NCBI GenBank assembly: GCA_045601765.1
Contig: JAZSAG010000062.1
Location: forward strand, 1-47,159
Source: Candidatus Enterousia sp.
GTDB taxonomy: Bacteria; Pseudomonadota; Alphaproteobacteria; Rs-D84
Direction of reading: 5' to 3'
Length of the DNA stretch: 47,159 bases
Shown: positions 36,119 through 44,836 of the stretch, one piece after another
Numbering within the stretch: position 1 is the stretch's first letter
How the letters are laid out: the number at the start of each line of letters is the position of its first letter
Notes under the pieces: model-generated
The model's database searches: none
What the model was told of the DNA's origin: nothing
Seen by the model: the letters and a program-made list of their open reading frames with translations, nothing else
Program-made: the position numbers and the translations under genes

Positions 36119-36472
36119 ATGAAAAAAATTATGAACAAGGTAAATTTCGCAATTGTTGGAATTATGGCGTCTGTTGCACCGGCAATGGCCGCGAACGAAG
36201 GTTTGTGCGCACTGGTTGCACAGTTGGGCGGATTGCTGAAAACATTGCGTACGTTGGCATTTATTGGTGCCGGATTCTTGATTGCACAATGGGCATGGGA
36301 ATTTATTGCAAAACCAGGTGATGTTAAGTTAGAAAAGTTCAAAGAAAAAGGTGTTGGTATGCTGGTCGGTTTTATACTGTTGTTCAGTGTTGGCGCGGTA
36401 TTAACCTTTTTCATGAATGCGGCTGGGCCTGGTGGTTCATTCCAGTGTGCGGCACAGTTTGCAGCATGGTAA
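36119..36472 (+). CDS. Small secreted two-TM protein, TrbC/VirB2-pilin-like
   Basis: Signal peptide ending APAMA|A, two hydrophobic helices joined by a basic loop (KLEKFKEK), Cys near each end; monocistronic. Confidence 0.55.
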   Translation: MKKIMNKVNFAIVGIMASVAPAMAANEGLCALVAQLGGLLKTLRTLAFIGAGFLIAQWAWEFIAKPGDVKLEKFKEKGVGMLVGFILLFSVGAVLTFFMNAAGPGGSFQCAAQFAAW

Positions 36473-36485
36473 AAATAAAGAATTT

Positions 36486-36515
36486 AAAAATGCGGCCATT
36501 TGGTCGCATTTTTTT
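36486..36515. terminator. Bidirectional terminator
   Basis: AAAAATGCGGCC-ATTT-GGTCGCATTTTTTT between convergent genes. Confidence 0.8.
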
Positions 36516-36531
36516 GTTTATCTGAATTAAT

Positions 36532-37497
36532 TTATCTGATTGTTTGGGCGGCATATTGTTTTACAAATTGCTTTTCAATTTTGTTTAGTTGGCTGGCGAC
36601 CTTTTGTACCTGGGTTGATAAAATGTCTTGTTCTGGGGCGATGCCTGTCTTGTGTATCATGCGGCCGCGTTCAATTGATAATTCTTGGATTAATAAATTT
36701 CGTAATGTCTGTGCCGTTTTGATTGGGTGGTGTCTGTATGTGTCTAATGTTCGGCGCAGTGCACAAAAACGTGCCTTTAGGGTGTGTTTGCCCATGTAAT
36801 CTAACAGGGTGTCATCTTGGCTGATGTATTCCGGGTTCAGGGCCTTGACATCTGCGTGTGTCATGCCGCCAAATAGATGTGGGTTGGTTTGGTTATAGAA
36901 ATCACGAAAGTTTGCGCCTGTGCCCTTGATTGCGCCGGATAATTGATTTTCTAGTTCGGATACCTTGGGGCGCAGGTAAATGCGGTAATATTCTGTTGAG
37001 TATTGTTGCAGTTCTTCAAATGTTATATTTTCTTTAAGCAGTGGTGATATAAAATATGCGCGTGCAAATGTTGAACGGTCTTTGGCAAAGCACCAACATG
37101 CATATCTGGATAACATTGTGTCGTATGCGTTATGTAACAATGTGTCAGATATGTCTGGGTTATGCGAGTGTAATTTATATGCGCGTTTTGTTCTGTCTAT
37201 GTGTTGGGTATAAAATTGACTGGCCTGTGATTTTGGAAAATATTTTTCATAGGACGAATCAATGTTGTATGGCAAAATTAGTCTGTCGTATGCATGAAAT
37301 TGCATGCTGGGTGTAATCGGGAACAGTAATTCGCCCAAAATATTATGCAGGTCGGAATAATACCAATAGTCAGATTTAGGTGTTTGTGGATCGATGGGTG
37401 GCATCTGAAACAGTTCAAGTTGAAAGTCGGGAGGGGATGTTGTTTGGCGTTTTTTATTCAGTTCATGAAATGCGTCGTATTTTGTGTCAACTGTCAT
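36532..37497 (-). CDS. DinD-like (DNA damage-inducible protein D) protein
   Basis: LSRYACW, R.YLR.KVSELENQLSG, HLFGGMT, LLDYMG and GIAPE...VQKV...L.K.EK follow the order of DinD motifs; SD AAAGGGGA. Confidence 0.65.
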   Translation of the reverse strand: MTVDTKYDAFHELNKKRQTTSPPDFQLELFQMPPIDPQTPKSDYWYYSDLHNILGELLFPITPSMQFHAYDRLILPYNIDSSYEKYFPKSQASQFYTQHIDRTKRAYKLHSHNPDISDTLLHNAYDTMLSRYACWCFAKDRSTFARAYFISPLLKENITFEELQQYSTEYYRIYLRPKVSELENQLSGAIKGTGANFRDFYNQTNPHLFGGMTHADVKALNPEYISQDDTLLDYMGKHTLKARFCALRRTLDTYRHHPIKTAQTLRNLLIQELSIERGRMIHKTGIAPEQDILSTQVQKVASQLNKIEKQFVKQYAAQTIR

Positions 37498-37518
37498 TTT
37501 AATCCCCTTTGGTTTGTG

Positions 37519-37743
37519 TTATTTTGTTTCTTCGACATTCGCCAGCGAGAATAATACAGACGATATTAGTGATTGATATGGGACGTGTTGTGATTCCGCC
37601 AGTTCTTTGATTTTATCCAGAACAGGGCGGGGAATGCGCATATTTATTACGCAGTCCGATTTATTAAATGCCTTGTACGCAGCGTATTCGCGCAACAAGG
37701 ATTCAATGTTCATTACAAATAATTGTTGCATCACGTTTGGCAT
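37519..37743 (-). CDS. CopG/BrnA-like ribbon-helix-helix protein
   Basis: INMRIPRPVLDKIKELAESQHVPYQSLISSVL matches the RHH antitoxin pattern I.IR....L..IK..A...G.PYQ.LI; SD GGAG 7 nt before ATG 37743. Confidence 0.75.
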   Translation of the reverse strand: MPNVMQQLFVMNIESLLREYAAYKAFNKSDCVINMRIPRPVLDKIKELAESQHVPYQSLISSVLFSLANVEETK

Positions 37744-37749
37744 ATGCAA

Positions 37750-37833
37750 ACTCCTATACTTTATGCAATACCACAGTCATTACAAAGCACTATACCATTG
37801 TATTTACATTTGTCAATACAAATATATTTACGT
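37750..37833 (-). promoter_or_regulatory. Promoter with phased 12-bp operator-like array
   Basis: Minus strand TTGACA (37816-37811)-N16-TATAGT (37794-37789); TAC recurs every 12 bp from 37757 to 37829. Confidence 0.65.
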
Positions 37834-37933
37834 ATGTGATGGCGGTTATGTTGACGTTGGTGTGGGCGGTTGTGTTGCTTGCTTTTTTGAAATATTGAAT
37901 ATAGAATTACCCAGGTAATGGAAGGATTCATAT

Positions 37934-39253
37934 ATGATTAAAAAAATTTTTACAGTGTTGATAATGTGTGTGATGTTTATAACAACAGTCCATGCAGAGT
38001 TAAAGGTGGATATTGTCGCAGGTGCGGCAGATCCTATTTCAATTGCGGTATTAAAATTTGAAGCAGAAGATGGGGCAAATAACAAAGATGCAGCCCTGAT
38101 ACGCGAAGTGGTCGAACGTGATTTAAAAAGTTCAGGGTTGTTTAGAATTGTAAATCATAACGCGTTCCCAGAATATGTTAAATTGTTTGATGTGCCAAAT
38201 TTTACATCTTGGCAGGCAATAAAAACCCAGATTTTGGTTCAGGCGAAATTGTCGCCCGCACCAGATGACAGTTATAAATTAGAATTCTTTGTATGGGATA
38301 TTGATGGCAAGGAACAAATCGAGGCCCAGGCACTGGTGGCGTCTCGTAAATCTGTGCGCAGGTTGGCGCATATTATGGCCGATGCAATATATGAACGCTT
38401 GACCGGTGAATTAGGATATTTTGATACCCAGATTGTATTTATTGCAGAAACAGGACCTGTGAAAAAACGTGTAAAACGTATGGCGATTATGGACCAAGAT
38501 GGATATGGTATGCGATTCTTATCAGATGAAGATACGTTTGTAATGTCACCACATTTTTCACCTAATATGCAAACAATAGTGTTTTTGTCTTACTATAATG
38601 ATGACCCGATGGTGTGGACGCTGGATTTAGATACCGGTGAACAGCGCAGACTGGGGCAATTTGGCGGAATGAGTTTTGCACCGCGATTTTCCCCGGATGG
38701 TTCGCGTGTGGCATTGTCTTTGGTTAAAAATGGTATTACGCACCTGTATGAATATGACATTGAATCTAAGAAATTACGTCAGTTGACGTTTGGAAATTCT
38801 ATTAACACCAGTCCGTCTTATTCCCCGGATGGTAAAAAGTTGGCTTTTAATTCAGACAGAACAGGGCGCCAGCAAATTCATGTTATGGATCTGGAATCAG
38901 GACGTGAAGAGCGTATAACGTATGGTGTGGGTAAATACGCAACGCCTGCGTGGTCGCCTGATGGACAGTTTATCGCATTTACCAAGATGGCAAATGATAC
39001 ATTTTATATCGGTATTATGAATCCAAAGGGTAAAAATGAAAAAATACTGGCGGGCGGTTGGTTTATGGAGGCCCCATCATGGGCGCCGGGATCGCGCAGA
39101 TTGGTTTATTATGAAACAGAACCAGATGATGATGGGTTGGAACGCGTCAGTCATATTCGCAGCATAGATATTACCGGACAAAACGTTTATGATATTGAAT
39201 TGCCTGATGATATAAATGGTGTAGAACCAACCTGGTCACCCAGATTGCCGTAA
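37934..39253 (+). CDS. tolB: Tol-Pal beta-propeller protein TolB
   Basis: DLKSSGLF, AHIMADAIYERLTGELGYFDTQIVF, AIMDQDG, repeated P.F/W/YSPDG propeller motifs. Confidence 0.95.
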   Translation: MIKKIFTVLIMCVMFITTVHAELKVDIVAGAADPISIAVLKFEAEDGANNKDAALIREVVERDLKSSGLFRIVNHNAFPEYVKLFDVPNFTSWQAIKTQILVQAKLSPAPDDSYKLEFFVWDIDGKEQIEAQALVASRKSVRRLAHIMADAIYERLTGELGYFDTQIVFIAETGPVKKRVKRMAIMDQDGYGMRFLSDEDTFVMSPHFSPNMQTIVFLSYYNDDPMVWTLDLDTGEQRRLGQFGGMSFAPRFSPDGSRVALSLVKNGITHLYEYDIESKKLRQLTFGNSINTSPSYSPDGKKLAFNSDRTGRQQIHVMDLESGREERITYGVGKYATPAWSPDGQFIAFTKMANDTFYIGIMNPKGKNEKILAGGWFMEAPSWAPGSRRLVYYETEPDDDGLERVSHIRSIDITGQNVYDIELPDDINGVEPTWSPRLP

Positions 39254-39263
39254 TGGGGGGATT

Positions 39264-39704
39264 ATGGCCTGTGCGGATAAATGGTTTTATCGGTTAAGAC
39301 TGTGTTTGTTTGCCATAACAATGGCTTTTGTATCTGAACCGGTGGTTGCGGTGCCGGCGGTGGTTGATTATGTGATTGATGGGGATACATTTGCAGCCGC
39401 TGTTAATATAGCAGATGATATTTCAATAACTGTGCGCGTACGTATATTAAACATAGATACGCCAGAAATACATGGTAAATGCGAATCGGAAATCAACAAG
39501 GCACATCTGGCCAAAGATACGTTATCAAATATTTTGCCACAGGGTACCAAGGTTGAATTGGATTCTGTTAAAGATGATAAATATTTAGGTCGTATTGATG
39601 CAAATGTGGTGTTAAAAGATGGCAGAAATGTTGGCAATATTATGATAAATCGTGGTCTGGCCCGTTCGTATAATGGTGGCAGACGACATGGTTGGTGTAA
39701 ATAA
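39264..39704 (+). CDS. Thermonuclease (SNase-like) family secreted nuclease
   Basis: VIDGDT, VRILNIDTPE, DDKYLGRIDA, MINRGLARSY, terminal WC; N-terminal signal/TM. Confidence 0.9.
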   Translation: MACADKWFYRLRLCLFAITMAFVSEPVVAVPAVVDYVIDGDTFAAAVNIADDISITVRVRILNIDTPEIHGKCESEINKAHLAKDTLSNILPQGTKVELDSVKDDKYLGRIDANVVLKDGRNVGNIMINRGLARSYNGGRRHGWCK

Positions 39705-39728
39705 AAATCCCCAAATGGGGATTTTTTT
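39703..39728. terminator. Bidirectional terminator
   Basis: AAAAATCCCC-AAAT-GGGGATTTTTTT between convergent genes. Confidence 0.85.
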
Positions 39729-40434
39729 ATGCACTGTGCCGGTTAATGGCTTCGCTGATTTCGTCCAGTGATGCATTACATGGTAACAGTGGTTCAAACC
39801 AGACGTTTGCCATCCCAGAATGCATGCGACCTTTTTTGGGCCAATACAGGCCCGCGTCTGTGCCAACCGGCATAATTGGTAATTTCAGTGTGTGGGCTAA
39901 TAATAACAAACCGCGTTTAAGTGGAATTTTTTGTCCGGGTTTCGCACGGGTGCCTTCGGGGAATATTACCAATGTATAGCCGTCCAGGACGCGTTGTTCA
40001 ACAGTGTCGGCCAGTTTTTTCATATTTGTTTTACCGCGGCCGCGATTTACGCCGACCATGCCTGCACGGGCAAATGCCCAGCCGTAAATTGGAATCCACA
40101 ATAATTCACGTTTCATTATAAAGAATGTTTTGGGCATAACCTTGGATATAACTGCGATTTCCAATATGGACATGTGTTTAGATGCAATAATTGCCTTGCC
40201 GTCAAGGCGTTGGTTGCTGTCCGGCATGACAGGAATACCGTTTTCTTCGGTTGCAGGATAATGGACTGTGTATTTTATCCCAGTTATCCAACGGGCAAGT
40301 AATAAAACACCGGCGGCATCTGCAAAAACAAATTTACGTGACAATTTTTTTGAAACCAAACCTATTAATAACACTGGGGTCCATAATGTGAAATATGTGC
40401 CAAGTGTAATTTTAAATATTATTGTTCTTATCAT
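39727..40434 (-). CDS. plsC: 1-acyl-sn-glycerol-3-phosphate acyltransferase
   Basis: ASKHMSILE (H-x4-E variant), KRELLWIPIYGW, IFPEGTR, GLYWP; start taken at MIRTIIF. Confidence 0.88.
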   Translation of the reverse strand: MIRTIIFKITLGTYFTLWTPVLLIGLVSKKLSRKFVFADAAGVLLLARWITGIKYTVHYPATEENGIPVMPDSNQRLDGKAIIASKHMSILEIAVISKVMPKTFFIMKRELLWIPIYGWAFARAGMVGVNRGRGKTNMKKLADTVEQRVLDGYTLVIFPEGTRAKPGQKIPLKRGLLLLAHTLKLPIMPVGTDAGLYWPKKGRMHSGMANVWFEPLLPCNASLDEISEAINRHSA

Positions 40435-40448
40435 AGTTTTTCCTTTGT

Positions 40449-40970
40449 TTAACTTTCTTTGATACCAATCATAGTCACCAAGTATTTTACATATTCTGTG
40501 ACCCATCTTTCAAGTCTTTTTCCAGGTGACATGCCAATCAATGTCGCAGGACATGATATAACATCTGTGTTCGGAATTTCAGACTTAATCAGATATTTTG
40601 CGCGTTGCATGTGGTCTTCGGTTGTGATTATAACGATTCGTGACAGATTGTTTTGCTGGGTTATTTTTTTTATTGCCAATGCGTTCTGGTATGTTGATTT
40701 TGATTTAGATTCAATTATCGCGTCGTGCGCCAGGTTCATGTCATATTGTGATGCGCCTGCACCAATTATGTACAGGTCTGTATCTGGGTATTCTTGCATC
40801 TTTTTTATTGCGAATGGTATTCGGCGCTGGTCCCCGGTTAGTACAAATATACTGTCGTTTTGTTGTATTTCACCGCATTGTCTGGGCGAGGTGGCTTTGA
40901 AAAACATGCCGCCAATTATAAAGCAACTGAATACAACAAATGATGGGGTTAAAAGTAAACGTCTTTTCAT
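40449..40970 (-). CDS. YdcF/DUF218 family protein
   Basis: IFVLTGD.RRI, SKSTYQNA, ITTEDHMQRA, EYVKY; conserved ftsX-ydcF-plsC context. Confidence 0.85.
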   Translation of the reverse strand: MKRRLLLTPSFVVFSCFIIGGMFFKATSPRQCGEIQQNDSIFVLTGDQRRIPFAIKKMQEYPDTDLYIIGAGASQYDMNLAHDAIIESKSKSTYQNALAIKKITQQNNLSRIVIITTEDHMQRAKYLIKSEIPNTDVISCPATLIGMSPGKRLERWVTEYVKYLVTMIGIKES

Positions 40971-40971
40971 A

Positions 40972-41811
40972 TCAGTTGGCTTTTAATATATTAAATGTCG
41001 TGCGACGGGTTATGTAAATTGCAAAAAACATAATCGTAACAGGTAATAATAACAGTAATATCCAACCAAAACCAGAAATGCCTAATGTTGCCATCAGGCC
41101 AACGCGGGCACTGTGCGCAGCAGAAATTATCAATAACAATACAGGTATGGCCGAAATAAACCCAATACCGGTTGCAAGCAGACTGATTTTTCCAACAATT
41201 ATTTGCATTTGATGTGCAACAAATTTATCAGATGCGCCAACCTGGTTCAATATTTCCAATTCGCGCCTGTGCAACAGTGCAGTATTGCGCGCAATGTATG
41301 ATATACATGCGCCAATCGTGCCCAATATTAGTAATAGTACAAACGAAGATATTGCAATCATTTTAAGGCCTGATGATATTGATGGGTTTAACGCGTCAGA
41401 GTGTGGTAAAAACCGGGCGTTTGCAGATATTTGTTCGCCAATATTGTGCATGTCATCTGGGGTTTTAAATTTTACCTCCCATACCTGGGGCAGGTAATTT
41501 TTTAATATTTCGCCACCTGATGATATCCATGGGGCCATTAAATCTTGCATTTGTTCGGTTGAGATTTCGGTAATTTCTGTGATTTTTTCAGAATTGTCGT
41601 CCAGGATTTTTTTGACATCTGACGATTTTTTTGTGTCTGTTACCTGGACGGTTGCGAACAGTTCCCATTGGCTGTTCCAACGCATGACGCCTGTACCAAT
41701 GGCCAATGCAATCCCCAACCCCAGAATTGATAAAAATGACAACAGGGCTAAAATTGCCGTCATAAAGACAGATTGTTCATGTACCAGTGAAAATACTGTA
41801 TTTTTTTTCAT
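40972..41811 (-). CDS. ftsX: Cell division permease FtsX
   Basis: Four TM helices, HRRELEILNQVGASDKFVAHQ; coupled to ftsE. Confidence 0.85.
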   Translation of the reverse strand: MKKNTVFSLVHEQSVFMTAILALLSFLSILGLGIALAIGTGVMRWNSQWELFATVQVTDTKKSSDVKKILDDNSEKITEITEISTEQMQDLMAPWISSGGEILKNYLPQVWEVKFKTPDDMHNIGEQISANARFLPHSDALNPSISSGLKMIAISSFVLLLILGTIGACISYIARNTALLHRRELEILNQVGASDKFVAHQMQIIVGKISLLATGIGFISAIPVLLLIISAAHSARVGLMATLGISGFGWILLLLLPVTIMFFAIYITRRTTFNILKAN

Positions 41812-42605
41812 TACTTGTTCCCAATGTCATCAAATTGCTTTGACAGTTCTGTGAAATAGTTTTGTGGTTTTGGACCGCGCCATGTTTTTTTTGCGTCCGA
41901 TTCGTTTTTGGGGTCGGAATGTTTTGATTTAGTGATAAAATTTACCCGATGATTTTCAACGCGAATAACAGGGAATTTATATGTATCCATCAGTTTTTGA
42001 TTGTGTGTGGCCAGTATTATTGTTGTGCCAAACATTTTGTTCATTTGGATAAATAATTCCATCAATCTGGATGCGTTTTCATCGTCCAAATTTCCCGTTG
42101 GTTCGTCGGCCAGCAATATAGACGGTTGAACAATAATCGCGCGTGCCACAGATACACGTTGCTGTTGCCCCCCTGATAAAGACTTTGGATTTGCGTCGGC
42201 ATATTTGCCCAGACCAACCCAGTCTAGAACCTTGGTCACCAGTTTTTTTATTTTTTTCTCGTCCGTGCCGCGCACGCGCAGGGGCAGGGCAACATTATCA
42301 AAAACACTAAGGTGTGACAGCAATGAGTATTCTTGGAAAACAATGGCCATCTTTTGTCGAATTTTTGTTATTTCATCGCGGGTCATGTCATTTGTGACGT
42401 GCCCAAATAATTTTATTTGGCCACGTGACGGCCTGTGTAGTTGATATATTAATCGTAACAAGGTCGTTTTGCCCGCACCAGATGCCCCAGACAGAAAGTA
42501 AAAACCCCCATTGCCAATATTGAATGATACGTCTGTCAATATTTCTGGGGTGCCGTCATATCGGGCGGCGACATTCGCAAAAGAGATTGTTGTCTTTTCT
42601 TCCAT
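41811..42605 (-). CDS. ftsE: Cell division ATPase FtsE
   Basis: GASGAGKTT, VFQEY.LL.HLSVFDNVALPL, LSGGQQQRV, LADEPTGNLD, ATH. Confidence 0.9.
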   Translation of the reverse strand: MEEKTTISFANVAARYDGTPEILTDVSFNIGNGGFYFLSGASGAGKTTLLRLIYQLHRPSRGQIKLFGHVTNDMTRDEITKIRQKMAIVFQEYSLLSHLSVFDNVALPLRVRGTDEKKIKKLVTKVLDWVGLGKYADANPKSLSGGQQQRVSVARAIIVQPSILLADEPTGNLDDENASRLMELFIQMNKMFGTTIILATHNQKLMDTYKFPVIRVENHRVNFITKSKHSDPKNESDAKKTWRGPKPQNYFTELSKQFDDIGNK

Positions 42606-42736
42606 GTTGGGCAATATAATAAAATTTTAAAGCACGGTCAAATAAAAATAAAAATTGTATAAAATTGTTGTTTTAGTATTTGGAATAAAGTCAAAAATAT
42701 GGTATGATATGTTCAATATTTAGTGGAGGCATATTT

Positions 42737-43600
42737 ATGAAAAAAGTATTTGGTTTGATGTTTGGATTGGTTGCTGTTATGGGTCATGCGATGGCTGCGG
42801 ATGGGACTGATACGTCAAATGTACGCGGCAGTATGTACAGAAATACAACCGATAACATTACTGTTGTTAATAATTTTAAGTTTTCAGGACGCGCACCGCG
42901 TGTGATTTATCCGCAACCTGTGCAAGAGCCTGTGAAACAAGATGTGCAGCCTGAAAAACAACAGGCGTATCAACCTGTTATGTACAGGGGAATGCCGCAT
43001 GTTTGTGGGGCGTGGTACGTTGGTGGGCGCGTAAATCTTAGTATGTTGTCATGGGAAAATGAATACACAACAACGTGGCCGTACATAGATTCAAATTTTG
43101 ATCATGACAAGTATTCTTTTGAACCTGTGTATGGTGGTTCTTTTGCGTTTGGTTATGCGTTTGATACGTCGTGGCGTCTGGAATTAGAGGCCGGTTTAAT
43201 GGGCCGCTTTGAAGATAATGACGAAGGTTTGAATTTTACATTGACTGTGCCGTACGTGATTGCCAATGCATATAATGATTTTTATAATGGGATGTACGTT
43301 GGTGTTGGTTTGGGGTTGGCTGTGCCAAAAACAGAACTGGACGGTGCGCATACAGGTTTGACGTTCGAAGGCGGGCACAGAACAAAACGCCAGGGTTCTT
43401 TGATGGGGGCCGCGATGATTGGTTATGCGTATGATTTGGATTCGCATTTGACATTAGATGTGCGTTATCGTCTGGCGGCGTTTAATGGGACCAGACATGA
43501 AACAGTTATTGATGACGGCACAGACAGGTATGATTTCAGAAATAAAATTGGTTTAATATTGGATAATTCTGTATCGGTTGGATTGCGTTACAGATTCTAA
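42737..43600 (+). CDS. Outer-membrane beta-barrel protein (OmpA/opacity/Msp4-like)
   Basis: Signal peptide; WYVGG, FGYAF..WRLELE, ANAYNDF, YVGVGLG, IGYAYD...LDVRYR; terminal VGLRYRF. Confidence 0.85.
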   Translation: MKKVFGLMFGLVAVMGHAMAADGTDTSNVRGSMYRNTTDNITVVNNFKFSGRAPRVIYPQPVQEPVKQDVQPEKQQAYQPVMYRGMPHVCGAWYVGGRVNLSMLSWENEYTTTWPYIDSNFDHDKYSFEPVYGGSFAFGYAFDTSWRLELEAGLMGRFEDNDEGLNFTLTVPYVIANAYNDFYNGMYVGVGLGLAVPKTELDGAHTGLTFEGGHRTKRQGSLMGAAMIGYAYDLDSHLTLDVRYRLAAFNGTRHETVIDDGTDRYDFRNKIGLILDNSVSVGLRYRF

Positions 43601-43680
43601 GAAGATAAATAATGGCGTTGTTGGGTGGTTGATTTAAAACCCAAAACGTGATAACATATAAGTCAAGTACAGAGAGAGAA

Positions 43681-44811
43681 ATGAAAACAGAAAACAAGAT
43701 ATCAACATTTGCAATTATGTTTGCGCTGTGCGCGGGTGTGACGATGCCTGCATCTGCGGCACCGTCTGTGCGTTCGCTGGGGGGCAGTGGCACTTATTCC
43801 AGTGCGGCCAATGCGGCCCAGGGCGTTGCGCCCAGTGCACCCAGTGCGTCTGCCACCAATAATTCTGGTGGAAATTTGCGCGGTGGTGCAATGCGTGTTG
43901 ATTCGGGCGGAACGATTGGCAGTGTTCGTGCGTCTTCGTCACGTGCGGCGTCTGCGCCACGTTTGTCAATTGGTAAATATCTGACAACGTCTCAAACTGT
44001 TTCTGGGGGTGGGTCTGGTGTTCGTCCGCTACAACAAAGTGGGGGTGATGTATCTGATTCGGATCTAGAAGATATTCGCCAGGATATTACAAACATATAT
44101 AATGAAATTGAAAATATTCAAAACGAATTCAACAGTTATATAGATAAAGAATATACATTTGATTATGATTCTGATACCGGTATGTTGACGGTCAAAGAAG
44201 GGGACGAGACTGTATTAGAAGCGGCAATGGTTACGTTTGCTGATTTACAGGACCTGGAAGACAGATTAAATGCGCTGATTGAACGTCATGTCAATGAAAT
44301 ATATGCGGAAATTGATACTAAACAGGATAAATTAACCCCGGGTACAGGTATTACAATTGATGAAAATAATGTTATTTCATCAACGTCCACGGTTACAAAT
44401 ATCAAAATCGAGGCATTGGAAAACGCGATTGATTCAAAACAGGACGCATTGACGCCGGGGACTGCGATTTCAATAAGTGACGATAATACAATTTCTGTTA
44501 ATGTTGGCAATGGGTTGGCGGTTGATACGGCGACCAATACATTGAATGTAACATTTGACGAGGGTGTAACATACAGTGCCGGTACCGGTATTACCATTGG
44601 GCAAGAGGCGGCCAACACAATTGCAATTGCGTTGACCGGCGGAAATGGTATCAAGGTTAATGGCGCGACGATATCTATGGATACACCAAATGATTCGGGT
44701 AACTATTTTTATAATGTTGGTACCGGTGGTGTTGGCACGTGGAGTCCGTTCGAGGTTGTTGATGCGTCTGCATTAACCGAAACTGTATCTGATGGAACGG
44801 TTGCACAATAA
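43681..44811 (+). CDS. Secreted fibre-like protein 1 (coiled coil plus tail-fibre-like repeats)
   Basis: Signal peptide ...PASA|A; Ser/Ala/Gly linker; heptad coiled coils; repeats KQDKLTPGTGITIDENNVIS and KQDALTPGTAISISDDNTIS, GNGLAVD, YSAGTGITI, GGNGIKVNG. Confidence 0.7.
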   Translation: MKTENKISTFAIMFALCAGVTMPASAAPSVRSLGGSGTYSSAANAAQGVAPSAPSASATNNSGGNLRGGAMRVDSGGTIGSVRASSSRAASAPRLSIGKYLTTSQTVSGGGSGVRPLQQSGGDVSDSDLEDIRQDITNIYNEIENIQNEFNSYIDKEYTFDYDSDTGMLTVKEGDETVLEAAMVTFADLQDLEDRLNALIERHVNEIYAEIDTKQDKLTPGTGITIDENNVISSTSTVTNIKIEALENAIDSKQDALTPGTAISISDDNTISVNVGNGLAVDTATNTLNVTFDEGVTYSAGTGITIGQEAANTIAIALTGGNGIKVNGATISMDTPNDSGNYFYNVGTGGVGTWSPFEVVDASALTETVSDGTVAQ

Positions 44812-44836
44812 TTAAAATGTGGATGTTGGTAATAAT

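Noticed and set aside
37668-37898. 76-aa ORF with Thr every fourth residue
   Set aside because: The periodicity is the translation of the 12-bp promoter array; it overlaps the RHH gene antisense and has no RBS.
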